The translations under genes were made by a program, and so were the position numbers. Source: an uncultured virus (IMG/VR IMGVR_UViG_3300042510_000354) (taxonomy: Duplodnaviria; Heunggongvirae; Uroviricota; Caudoviricetes). Taken from it: a stretch of DNA of 64,000 bases. The DNA lies in IMG/VR virus record IMGVR_UViG_3300042510_000354, positions 1 to 64,000 of that record; one strand, given 5' to 3'. Numbering within the stretch: the first letter of the stretch is position 1; every line of letters starts with the position of its first letter. The notes beneath the pieces are model-generated. The model was given only the letters and a program-made list of their open reading frames with translations. It did no database searches and was not told where the DNA came from. Positions 39,961-47,673 of this stretch are shown here, piece after piece.

Positions 39961-40627
39961 ACTAGAGAAGCATACACAAGACTTTAAAGATATATTAGAG
40001 TCAAGAACTTTCTTATCTGAAGAGACTCATCCATTTCCTTGGGAAAATAAAATCTATATTAGTGGTAATATTCGTAGAGCACATTTAGATGTTGTAGATG
40101 CAAGGGATACTAAGAAACTTCTCATGATGCATCTTTGTGTATTTCCAAAGATTTATTCAGATGCACCTATCTATGGTTTTGATTTAATAGCTGGTCCAAC
40201 AAAAGTTACTGGAGCATTCCATGACTTTAGTCCATCAGGAAATAAAGATCATGAGCTAGTTAAGTGGTTTGCTAATGAAGTAAAAGATTATGAGTGGAGT
40301 AAACCAAGAGACTTACCCGAATGGGCTAGGAATATTTTTAGCCCATCAATGGTAGCTGCTGGTAATATTAACTCTGAGTTTGAACTAAATGAAGTATTAG
40401 ATTTGTCTAAGAGATCATTAGAAAAATATTTAGACACGCTACATATACTAAATGCTCAACATAGTTATGAGTATAAAGTAGAAAATTTTAATTATACTGA
40501 ACAACAAAATTGGTATTGCCAAAATCAAAAGAAAAATCCTCACACGCCTAGAGTTATGCAATCATTAGGCTTCGATGAAGCAACAGTAAACAAGTTTATT
40601 CAAGAATGTCTTTTTCCAGAGGTATAA
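39941..40627 (+). CDS. pcyX: Ferredoxin-dependent bilin reductase, PcyX-like
   Basis: RRAHLD(50), MMH(64)LCVFP, PIYGFD(81), AFHDFSP, LPEWA..IFS, QN.YC..Q..NPHT. Confidence 0.8.
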   Translation: MSIIFSKLEKHTQDFKDILESRTFLSEETHPFPWENKIYISGNIRRAHLDVVDARDTKKLLMMHLCVFPKIYSDAPIYGFDLIAGPTKVTGAFHDFSPSGNKDHELVKWFANEVKDYEWSKPRDLPEWARNIFSPSMVAAGNINSEFELNEVLDLSKRSLEKYLDTLHILNAQHSYEYKVENFNYTEQQNWYCQNQKKNPHTPRVMQSLGFDEATVNKFIQECLFPEV

Positions 40628-40628
40628 T

Positions 40629-40715
40629 ATGGAATACTTAGCACTACTAACTGTACCTCCAATATTTTATTGGTATACTAAAGAGTATATTAAATGGTAT
40701 TGCGAAACAAATTAA
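40629..40715 (+). CDS. Small hydrophobic/aromatic peptide (28 aa)
   Basis: GAGGT RBS; MEYLALLTVPPIFYWYTKEYIKWYCETN; ends just before the terminator. Confidence 0.4.
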   Translation: MEYLALLTVPPIFYWYTKEYIKWYCETN

Positions 40716-40719
40716 AAAC

Positions 40720-40745
40720 GGTCACTCGAAAGGGTGGCCTTTTTT
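40720..40745 (+). terminator. Rho-independent terminator ending the late/AMG region
   Basis: GGTCACTC-GAAA-GGGTGGCC-TTTTTT. Confidence 0.85.
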
Positions 40746-40833
40746 ATCAAAAAAAGTGAGAAAAATGATGTATCTATAATAGAAGAATATCTTAAAAGAT
40801 AGGACTCTAATCTCTATTAACTTGAAAGGTTAT

Positions 40834-40929
40834 ATGATTGTATTGACATTTTTTGCTGGTTTGGCTGTTGGTCTTTTGATCATGCGGTTGTTTGATTTCT
40901 ATACCATCTGCAAAACAGTTGGATATTGA
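40834..40929 (+). CDS. Small membrane peptide (31 aa)
   Basis: AAAGGT RBS; MIVLTFFAGLAVGLLIMRLF... Confidence 0.5.
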   Translation: MIVLTFFAGLAVGLLIMRLFDFYTICKTVGY

Positions 40930-40960
40930 AATATAATTGTTCACTCTAAGAAAGTTTAAA

Positions 40961-41071
40961 ATGAAAAAGTTTTTTGAATCTGAAACATTTATGGATGTTG
41001 TTACTGCTATTGCTATTGGCTTAGGCCTATGTGCTTTGGTATTACATGGTCTTGATGCGCTAGTTTATTAA
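40961..41071 (+). CDS. Small membrane peptide (36 aa)
   Basis: MKKFFESETFMDVVTAIAIGLGLCALVLHGLDALVY. Confidence 0.5.
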   Translation: MKKFFESETFMDVVTAIAIGLGLCALVLHGLDALVY

Positions 41072-41086
41072 TAAAGGTAATTGTAA

Positions 41087-41380
41087 ATGAGTAGCAATTC
41101 AAATCGAATTAAAGAGCTTGATAAGGAAAAATCTATGCCTAAGTACTTATTGTTGAATCCACTTTATGGAGATAACTTTGGAGTTACTGCACAAGAGGTA
41201 ATTGAATCGTTAGAAGAGTTTGGATTAACTTATATATTCTCAAATGATACTAAAGGTATACCTGCAATCTATGCAACAAGTACATCTAAAAAGTTAATTG
41301 AAAGAATGTGTACTGAAGTTGAACTCGATGGTTCTATTATTGAATTCACTTCTATATATGATCAGAAAATTGAGGATTAA
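41087..41380 (+). CDS. Hypothetical protein
   Basis: ORF with RBS; may start at the internal ATG after AAGGA. Confidence 0.55.
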   Translation: MSSNSNRIKELDKEKSMPKYLLLNPLYGDNFGVTAQEVIESLEEFGLTYIFSNDTKGIPAIYATSTSKKLIERMCTEVELDGSIIEFTSIYDQKIED

Positions 41381-41382
41381 AA

Positions 41383-41637
41383 ATGCCAAGATTGACTCTA
41401 AAATCAGGTGACTATACTATTGAAGCTATTCAAGAGAATTTATTTGATTCAGTTCAAGTAACTGTCTATGATGACTTCTTACAGAAAGTTGTACCTCCTT
41501 CTTTATATGATGTTAACTCAGCATATATGGTTGGAGAAACTGTAGCTTCGGTTATTACAGAATCTGCTGAAGACTTTGGTAGGCTCTTTAAAGCAATTGA
41601 AGATTTAGTTTTTGTAGATAAAAAACTTGGAGTTTAA
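41383..41637 (+). CDS. Hypothetical protein
   Basis: GAGGA RBS, tight gene packing. Confidence 0.6.
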   Translation: MPRLTLKSGDYTIEAIQENLFDSVQVTVYDDFLQKVVPPSLYDVNSAYMVGETVASVITESAEDFGRLFKAIEDLVFVDKKLGV

Positions 41638-41872
41638 AATGTGTACTAAATGTCCACCTGTGTATTCTAGTGTTCGAATTGCTGATGAGGAAGGTTATGT
41701 CTACCAAGTCAGCAAAGAGATCGTTAATTACATCAAAGTTCGTTATGAACCACATAGTTTAGACTTCTTTGATAAAGTTGGTCAAGAACTAGATTTATGG
41801 AAAGTTAATCCGTTAGCTCACATAAACCAAAGATTTAAGCTAGTAGGCCATGTTAATACAATGAGGAAGTAA
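41627..41872 (+). CDS. Hypothetical protein
   Basis: Packed ORF; probable start is the ATG after GGAG. Confidence 0.55.
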   Translation: MEFKMCTKCPPVYSSVRIADEEGYVYQVSKEIVNYIKVRYEPHSLDFFDKVGQELDLWKVNPLAHINQRFKLVGHVNTMRK

Positions 41873-42006
41873 TGAGCCTCTTTGTAATATTTTTGCTTAT
41901 TATGTTTGTACTATTTGTAGTGGCTAGACCATTATTTTTTATAGTACTAATTGCTTATATCTTTTTAATTTTATTCAGTGGTCCCTTTCCAAAACCTTTT
42001 ATTTAA
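41872..42006 (+). CDS. Small very hydrophobic membrane protein (44 aa)
   Basis: TAATG coupling, GAGGA RBS; MSLFVIFLLIMFVLFVVARPLFF... Confidence 0.5.
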   Translation: MSLFVIFLLIMFVLFVVARPLFFIVLIAYIFLILFSGPFPKPFI

Positions 42007-42018
42007 TGGAGTATTAAA

Positions 42019-42228
42019 ATGGCTTTAACAACAGTTGGTTACTTTCTTGGTTGGTTGCTTGGCTTCTTAGCTGCACTTCTTACCTTGAGTTTTGCTAAAG
42101 AAGTTTTAGTTATCGGTCTATCTTTCTTTATAGCTAATAAAGTAGTTACATGGTATCAAGATAGAAAAAATGGTGTAGTTGAAGTAGAGGCTACTGAACT
42201 ACCAATGGACGCTAAATTAGCTTCCTAA
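42019..42228 (+). CDS. Small two-TM membrane protein
   Basis: GGAG RBS, two hydrophobic segments. Confidence 0.6.
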   Translation: MALTTVGYFLGWLLGFLAALLTLSFAKEVLVIGLSFFIANKVVTWYQDRKNGVVEVEATELPMDAKLAS

Positions 42229-42230
42229 AA

Positions 42231-42262
42231 AGACCCCCGAGGCTAAATGCCTTGGGGTTCTT
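42231..42262 (+). terminator. Hairpin/terminator upstream of the RNAP gene
   Basis: CCCCGAGGC-TAAAT-GCCTTGGGG followed by TTCTT. Confidence 0.6.
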
Positions 42263-42300
42263 CTGAATTTTTTAATCAAAAACAGGATATAATAATAATA

Positions 42301-42429
42301 ATGACAAAAGCAATCCTATTTGAAGTTTTAGTTCTTTTACTAGAGACCTTTATTATCTGGCTCTATAAAAAGTTAAACAACAAGGAAACAACACAATCAA
42401 ATCATCAAACAGCTTTCGAATTTGCCTAA
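42301..42429 (+). CDS. Small hydrophobic peptide coupled to the RNAP gene
   Basis: AGGA upstream; its stop abuts the RNAP ATG (TAAATG). Confidence 0.4.
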   Translation: MTKAILFEVLVLLLETFIIWLYKKLNNKETTQSNHQTAFEFA

Positions 42430-44598
42430 ATGACCGTTCTAGATAAATTAGTTAATGATATTAAGCTACGTCAGGCTACGTTGCGTTCAGATAGAAATAT
42501 CTATACTCACTACTTGAAAGATGTAGATCCAAAGACACTAATAGACATCTCATATCCTCATGTATTACGTGGACTTGAGAGACAAGGTACTTTAGTAGAC
42601 ATTATTGCTACTATTGGCAGGAGAATTCGACAGACTCTTGAATTACCTAATGACACAATCTTTGATGCACAAGTCGGCTGGTTTGTGTGTATTGCTTATA
42701 TTGAATGTAATGTTTTATCTTTTAAATTAAAGTATACATACAAGAATGGCAAGAAGAGTAAGTACCAAGCTTATTTCTTTCAAGTTAAAGATTGGAAATC
42801 AATTAAAGACTTATGGAGTCTAATTGATCAAACTAAAGTTGATATCTTTCCCATGAGAGAAGCCCCATGCCCATGGGATTCTGCTCATAATAATTTAGGT
42901 GTTCCTATTATTAAGAAAGGTCACTCTACAGCATTAGCACAATTTAAGAATAATGATAAAGAAATACTTTACAATGTTCTAAATAAATTACAAGCTACAG
43001 GATGGCGCATTAACAAAGATGTATTTAAAGTTTATCAACATTTTCTTCATAAGGAAAATTCAGTTAGTCCATTTAAATTACATTCTGAAATTGATGAAGA
43101 GAAAAAGAAATCTCTGCTGATTGAAGCTGAGGCTATTGAACAACTAGCTTCAAACCATTTAGATAATACCTTTTATCATATGTATAACTTCGATTTTCGT
43201 GGTCGTGTATATGTAAATACAGCATTCTTGCATGAGCAATCTAGTGATAATGCTAAAGGTTTACTCTTGTTAGATCAACCAGCACCACTTGGAGAAAATG
43301 GTTTATTCTGGTTAAAAGTACATACCTCTAACTCTTTTGGTAATGACAAAGTTACACTAAAACAAAGAGCAGAGTTTGTAGATGAGAATATTAATTTATT
43401 CTTATCTTATGCAGAGAAACCAACTATTAACCAAGGTTGGATTGATACTGATGCCCCATTTTCCTTCTTAGCTGCTTGTTATGAGTTAAAGAAGATTAAG
43501 GAGTGGCTAATGGAAGGAAATAAGTTAGAAGAATATGAATGTTCACTTCCTGTTTACATTGATGGTTCTAATAACGGAGTTCAACATCTAGTAGCTATGT
43601 CTCAAGATGAAGATATTGCCCCATTAGTAAATTTAGTTCCACAAGAGCTCCCTGGTGATGTCTACATGTATATTGCAAAATATGTATGGGAACATTTACA
43701 AGAGATGGCAGACAAGCTAACACCTGAAGAAAGAGGTCAGTTTGACTCTGTTTATGGTAAAGCTAAAGAACTACAAAAAGCCTATTTTGATGCACCTGAA
43801 AAGACAGAGCAAAAAGCGTTAGCCTATGCTGCTGCCCAAGAATGGCGTAATCAAAATAGAGCAATACGAGAAAAATTATTTCCTGTTTACTGGCTTAAAA
43901 TTGATAACCCTAAAGATCAACGTAAAGTAGTAAAGAGAAATGTGATGACACTCGGTTACGGTGGTACTGCATACGGCATGGGTCAACAGATTATTGATGA
44001 CACTCGTGATATGTCTGAGTATCTTCGTGACAAAGAACACCTCTGGGGTGCGCTATTAGGTGATCTGGTATTTGAGACTTGTTATGAGAAACTCAAAGGA
44101 CCAGCCACTATGTTGCGTATGTTTCAAGATCTTGCACAAAGATCTAATGAGAAAGAAGTGTTTCTAAAATGGACTACACCTGTAACTAACTTCCCAGTTG
44201 TTCAGGCATATCGTAAGCCATCTATTGTACGTACTAAGTTGAAGTACGGAGAAGAAGAATTAAAGATTCAACTTCAAACTTGGGAGGAAACAACTATTAA
44301 TAAAGATTCCCAAAGAACAGGTGCTGCACCAAACATTGTTCATAGCTTTGATGCTGCTCACCTAACAATGACTGTTGTATCTGCGCCCTATGAGATGACT
44401 GTTGTTCATGATTCTTTTGGTACCTTACCAGGACGAATGGATGATTTGTTTTATAGAGTAAGAGAACAGTTTGTTGAGTTTTACAAAAGTAAACCTCTTG
44501 AAAAATTGCTTGCTGAACTCGACTGTAAAGACCTTATTCCTGAAAGGGGTAATCTAGATGTCGGTCAGATTGTGTATTCTGATTATGCTTTTTGTTAA
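42430..44598 (+). CDS. T7-like single-subunit DNA-directed RNA polymerase (722 aa)
   Basis: DFRGRVY, motif A DGSNNGVQH, motif B RKVVKRNVMTLGYG, APNIVHSFDA, motif C VHDSFGT, C-terminal YAFC. Confidence 0.95.
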   Translation: MTVLDKLVNDIKLRQATLRSDRNIYTHYLKDVDPKTLIDISYPHVLRGLERQGTLVDIIATIGRRIRQTLELPNDTIFDAQVGWFVCIAYIECNVLSFKLKYTYKNGKKSKYQAYFFQVKDWKSIKDLWSLIDQTKVDIFPMREAPCPWDSAHNNLGVPIIKKGHSTALAQFKNNDKEILYNVLNKLQATGWRINKDVFKVYQHFLHKENSVSPFKLHSEIDEEKKKSLLIEAEAIEQLASNHLDNTFYHMYNFDFRGRVYVNTAFLHEQSSDNAKGLLLLDQPAPLGENGLFWLKVHTSNSFGNDKVTLKQRAEFVDENINLFLSYAEKPTINQGWIDTDAPFSFLAACYELKKIKEWLMEGNKLEEYECSLPVYIDGSNNGVQHLVAMSQDEDIAPLVNLVPQELPGDVYMYIAKYVWEHLQEMADKLTPEERGQFDSVYGKAKELQKAYFDAPEKTEQKALAYAAAQEWRNQNRAIREKLFPVYWLKIDNPKDQRKVVKRNVMTLGYGGTAYGMGQQIIDDTRDMSEYLRDKEHLWGALLGDLVFETCYEKLKGPATMLRMFQDLAQRSNEKEVFLKWTTPVTNFPVVQAYRKPSIVRTKLKYGEEELKIQLQTWEETTINKDSQRTGAAPNIVHSFDAAHLTMTVVSAPYEMTVVHDSFGTLPGRMDDLFYRVREQFVEFYKSKPLEKLLAELDCKDLIPERGNLDVGQIVYSDYAFC

Positions 44599-44600
44599 GT

Positions 44601-44620
44601 TTTACCAGGGTACGCTAAAG
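44601..44620 (+). promoter_or_regulatory. Putative phage-RNAP promoter, copy 3
   Basis: TTTACCAGGGTACGCTAAAG matches copies 1/2 at 19/20; directly after the RNAP stop. Confidence 0.7.
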
Positions 44621-44691
44621 CACTAACGTATGCAAATTCAATTGTATACTAAATATTAAAAATGAAATTATAATTAAGGAAACTAAAACCT

Positions 44692-45192
44692 ATGGCTATT
44701 TTAAAAAATGTTGAGTTATTCTGGGCACAATTAGACCCCAAGAGACCTAATTCTAAATTTAACAAAGAACAACCTACATGGGATGTTCAGATTCGCACTC
44801 GAGACAAGAAAGTTAAAGCAGAATGGGTAGCACTTAACTTAAAGCCTAAAACAGTAGAAGATGATGATGGAGTATTTTATTCTGTAACTCTTCGTAAAAA
44901 GTCTAAAAAGAAAGATGGTGCTGACAATCAACCAGTAACTGTAGTTGATGGTTCTTTAACTGCAATTGATCCTGCTAGTATTGGTAATGGTTCTATTGCT
45001 AATGTAAAGATTTTCCAGTATGAGTATCCACCAGAGAATAAGATTGCATCTATGCTAATGGCTGTGCAGATTACTAAGTTGAAAGAATATATCCCTAGAT
45101 CTTCTGGTGATGACTTTGAACTTACTGAAACAGAGATTGTAAGAGTAGCAGATGCAAATGGTAGTGATGACTTTGAAGATAGTCCTTATTAA
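44692..45192 (+). CDS. ssDNA-binding protein (T7 gp2.5-like)
   Basis: P.VVD...IGNGS.ANV...L.AVQ motif, acidic tail ending in an aromatic residue. Confidence 0.7.
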   Translation: MAILKNVELFWAQLDPKRPNSKFNKEQPTWDVQIRTRDKKVKAEWVALNLKPKTVEDDDGVFYSVTLRKKSKKKDGADNQPVTVVDGSLTAIDPASIGNGSIANVKIFQYEYPPENKIASMLMAVQITKLKEYIPRSSGDDFELTETEIVRVADANGSDDFEDSPY

Positions 45193-45200
45193 TTAACAAT

Positions 45201-45224
45201 TAGGGGACTTAGGTCTCCTATTTT
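45201..45224 (+). terminator. Rho-independent terminator/hairpin
   Basis: TAGGGGAC-TTAG-GTCTCCTA-TTTT. Confidence 0.65.
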
Positions 45225-45228
45225 ATCA

Positions 45229-45303
45229 GGGATAATAGCTTAATGGTAAAGCAGTCGACTCATAATCGATTGAGTGTAGGTTCAATTCCTACTTGTCCCA
45301 CCA
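45229..45303 (+). tRNA. tRNA with CAT anticodon (probably Ile2/lysidine type; Met not excluded)
   Basis: Acceptor GGGATAA/TTGTCCC, anticodon arm GTCGA-CTCATAA-TCGAT, T-arm GTAGG-TTCAATT-CCTAC, encoded CCA. Confidence 0.9.
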
Positions 45304-45305
45304 CA

Positions 45306-45380
45306 CTCTCTTTAGTTCAATGGATAGAACAGTAACCTTCTAAGTTATTAATGTAGGTTCGATTCCTACAAGAGGGACCA
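45306..45380 (+). tRNA. tRNA-Arg(TCT)
   Basis: Acceptor CTCTCTT/AAGAGGG, anticodon arm GTAAC-CTTCTAA-GTTAT, T-arm GTAGG-TTCGATT-CCTAC, encoded CCA. Confidence 0.9.
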
Positions 45381-45393
45381 ATTAAAGGAATAT

Positions 45394-45531
45394 ATGGCAA
45401 AGAAAATTAGAAAAGAAACAGTTAATGGCATTGTTAAACGAACTTCACAAGGTGGTTCACGACCTAAAACATCAACAATGACCAAGACACAACGTCGATC
45501 ATTTAAACGCTATCGAGGACAAGGTAAATGA
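45394..45531 (+). CDS. Small basic protein (45 aa) ending KRYRGQGK
   Basis: AAGGA RBS; not in the ORF track. Confidence 0.65.
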   Translation: MAKKIRKETVNGIVKRTSQGGSRPKTSTMTKTQRRSFKRYRGQGK

Positions 45532-45704
45532 ATATATTTGCAGGTTTAGTAGGATTAGGTATTGTAATAGCATCTATTTATGGTTGGATAGCAAACTTTG
45601 TAGCTATTTTATTCATGAATGCTGATACCCCACTTGGTTGGATTATCGGTCGTATAATCGGAGTCTTTGTACCCTTCATTGGAGCAGTTCTTGGTTACTT
45701 CTGA
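45528..45704 (+). CDS. Small two-TM membrane protein (58 aa)
   Basis: ATGA overlap; YGWIAN...RIIGVFVPFIGAVLGYF. Confidence 0.65.
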   Translation: MNIFAGLVGLGIVIASIYGWIANFVAILFMNADTPLGWIIGRIIGVFVPFIGAVLGYF

Positions 45705-45933
45705 ATATACTATAACATTCACTGATTCTATTAGTGAATTTGAAATGTTATTATTGTGTAAACTTGGAGATGATTTTTCATATAATGAAGATTATACTGT
45801 TTGCACAATTGAATCATTAATGGGAGAACGAGAATTTATTAGAGAGATTGCAGATTTAGTTGATGTAGAGAACATCGGGTTAATTCAGCACCTTGTAACT
45901 ATGGAACCAGATTGGTTAAATTTTAAGTCATAA
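45691..45933 (+). CDS. Hypothetical acidic protein
   Basis: GGAG before TTG 45691; start uncertain. Confidence 0.45.
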   Translation: MVTSEYTITFTDSISEFEMLLLCKLGDDFSYNEDYTVCTIESLMGEREFIREIADLVDVENIGLIQHLVTMEPDWLNFKS

Positions 45934-46235
45934 TGATTGCATACAAACTATTTAAGAAACGTAAAGATGGAACTTATGGTCCATTATTTATTAATCGTAA
46001 ACAGAAAATACAAAAAGGTGTTCTATATGGAGCAGAATCGCATCCTACTGTTGGCTACGCTTATCGCCCTGGGTGGCATTGCTGTTCTACTCCTAATGCG
46101 CCTCACTTGAGTTATAAAGATCGAGTGTGGTGTAAAGTAGAAATTCAAGACTACAATAGACATCAAAGACCATATAATCAAGGCGGTTTATGGTATACCG
46201 CTAACTACATGCGTATTTTAGAAGAACTTTTATGA
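45933..46235 (+). CDS. Hypothetical phage protein
   Basis: Coupled ORF, AYKLF...RPGWHC. Confidence 0.65.
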   Translation: MIAYKLFKKRKDGTYGPLFINRKQKIQKGVLYGAESHPTVGYAYRPGWHCCSTPNAPHLSYKDRVWCKVEIQDYNRHQRPYNQGGLWYTANYMRILEELL

Positions 46236-46645
46236 AACAAAGAACAGTATATTTAGCAGGTCCAATGGAACATGTTTCTATTGAAGATGCAAAAGGATGG
46301 AGAACAATTGCTACTGATTTACTATTACAAGCAGATCAGAAAGTATTAGATCCCACTCGTAGAGTTCATGAATTTCAACCTAAATATATGAAACGTATAT
46401 TTGAGTTAGATCTTCGTGATATTCAAGAATCAGATTTAATCCTTGTTAATTTAGATAATCCTACAATTGCTAAACACGGTACTGCAATGGAAGTTTTTTA
46501 TGCTTCTTATGTATTACGAAAACCAGTAGTTGCATTTAAAGCTAATGCTTCTACTATCCACCCTTTCTTTGAGTCTCTAGTTACAGAGTGGAGATCTACA
46601 GTAGACAAAGCTTGTGACACTATTATTACGGAGTATTTAGATTAA
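46232..46645 (+). CDS. Nucleoside 2-deoxyribosyltransferase-like / nucleotide N-glycosidase
   Basis: VYLAGPM...DL.DI.ESD..LV...GTAMEV. Confidence 0.8.
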   Translation: MKQRTVYLAGPMEHVSIEDAKGWRTIATDLLLQADQKVLDPTRRVHEFQPKYMKRIFELDLRDIQESDLILVNLDNPTIAKHGTAMEVFYASYVLRKPVVAFKANASTIHPFFESLVTEWRSTVDKACDTIITEYLD

Positions 46646-46908
46646 TGCCTTATATTCGACAAGACTTTAAACAGTTCTTACATACAAAGAGTGTAGCTGA
46701 GGTTGGTGATTTATGCACTACCCCTGGTGAGTTAAACTTTGTTATTACTTCTATTGTACGAGATTATTTTAATCGTACAGATAAAGGTAACTACCAAGCA
46801 ATTAACGATATTGTAGGTGCTCTAGAAGGTGCTAAGATTGAGTTTTATCGTAGAATAGCTGCACCTTATGAAGATAAAAAGATTCAAGAAAATGGAGATG
46901 TATACTAA
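46645..46908 (+). CDS. Conserved hypothetical phage protein
   Basis: MPYI...GELNF.IT...GALE.AK.EFYRR..APYED.KI.ENGDVY. Confidence 0.7.
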   Translation: MPYIRQDFKQFLHTKSVAEVGDLCTTPGELNFVITSIVRDYFNRTDKGNYQAINDIVGALEGAKIEFYRRIAAPYEDKKIQENGDVY

Positions 46909-47090
46909 TGAAGTTTACAATATCTAAGATTAATGAAAATGAAGATGGTAGTGCTAATGTTATACTAGACTTAGATAACGAAGCAAGAGAATACCTTATG
47001 AATTATGCTTTTATACATATGCTAAAACAAGCTATTGATGAGGGCAAACTATATAAACCAGAGGATCAAGATGTACGTACCAGTATATGA
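46908..47090 (+). CDS. Hypothetical protein
   Basis: Coupled ORF, ENEDGSA motif. Confidence 0.6.
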   Translation: MKFTISKINENEDGSANVILDLDNEAREYLMNYAFIHMLKQAIDEGKLYKPEDQDVRTSI

Positions 47091-47673
47091 AGTGTATTCG
47101 TATGATGATAAGCGTGGGGTAGTAGGAACATATAATGACTTTGAAAATGCTGTAACTGCATGGAAAGACAATATGAATTTCTTTACTATCAAATGTATTT
47201 GGCCTACATCTGTAAAAAACAGATCTAAGGAGTTAAATACAATTGGTGCTGTAAATGACTATCGTAACTTATTAAATACGTGGGCTATTGAAGATGGTGA
47301 TAATGAGTGGGAAGTAGATCAGCTTATGAAATACTTAAAAGAAAATCCAACAACATTAAAGAGCACTATTCTTACTCCTAACTACCAGAGTGCTATTAAT
47401 CCTAGTCACTATCAGAGTTATATAATGGATTTACAATGGCTAGAGGCTATGCAATATCTACCAAGCTTTAGGAATCCTGATTGCTTCAAGGCAGCAGTTG
47501 AACTACAAGTACGAAAGTATCTAGATCGCCTTGGCGGTAAAGATGCTGAAGAACAAGAATTAGGTAAAGCATTATGGTATTTAAAGTTCCTACTTGCTTA
47601 CACTAAAAACAATAACCAACCAATTAAAATTAAAGATATAGAAAAATTATTAAATGAGCAATCTAGTATTTGA
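47071..47673 (+). CDS. Protein with C-terminal DUF3310-like domain
   Basis: AINPSHY...KY..R.G.KD...EL.KA.WYL; GAGGA RBS before ATG 47071. Confidence 0.65.
   Translation: MYVPVYEVYSYDDKRGVVGTYNDFENAVTAWKDNMNFFTIKCIWPTSVKNRSKELNTIGAVNDYRNLLNTWAIEDGDNEWEVDQLMKYLKENPTTLKSTILTPNYQSAINPSHYQSYIMDLQWLEAMQYLPSFRNPDCFKAAVELQVRKYLDRLGGKDAEEQELGKALWYLKFLLAYTKNNNQPIKIKDIEKLLNEQSSI

Noticed and set aside
39424..40627. Assigning the phage as a cyanophage because of ho1 and the bilin reductase
   Set aside because: The reductase residues look PcyX-like and no photosynthesis genes are present; the host cannot be determined from this window
40750..40785. Sigma70 promoter at TATAAT 40775-40780
   Set aside because: No acceptable -35 at 16-18 bp spacing and no TGn extension; not called as a feature
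44424..44440. TTACCAGGACG resembling the promoter motif
   Set aside because: Short gapped match inside the RNAP coding sequence (LPGR) lacking CTAAAG; probably chance
42301..44598. Stop read-through joining the 42-aa ORF to the in-frame RNAP, or an alternative genetic code
   Set aside because: The same TAAATG junction occurs at 2896-2901 as ordinary coupling, and long genes are intact under code 11
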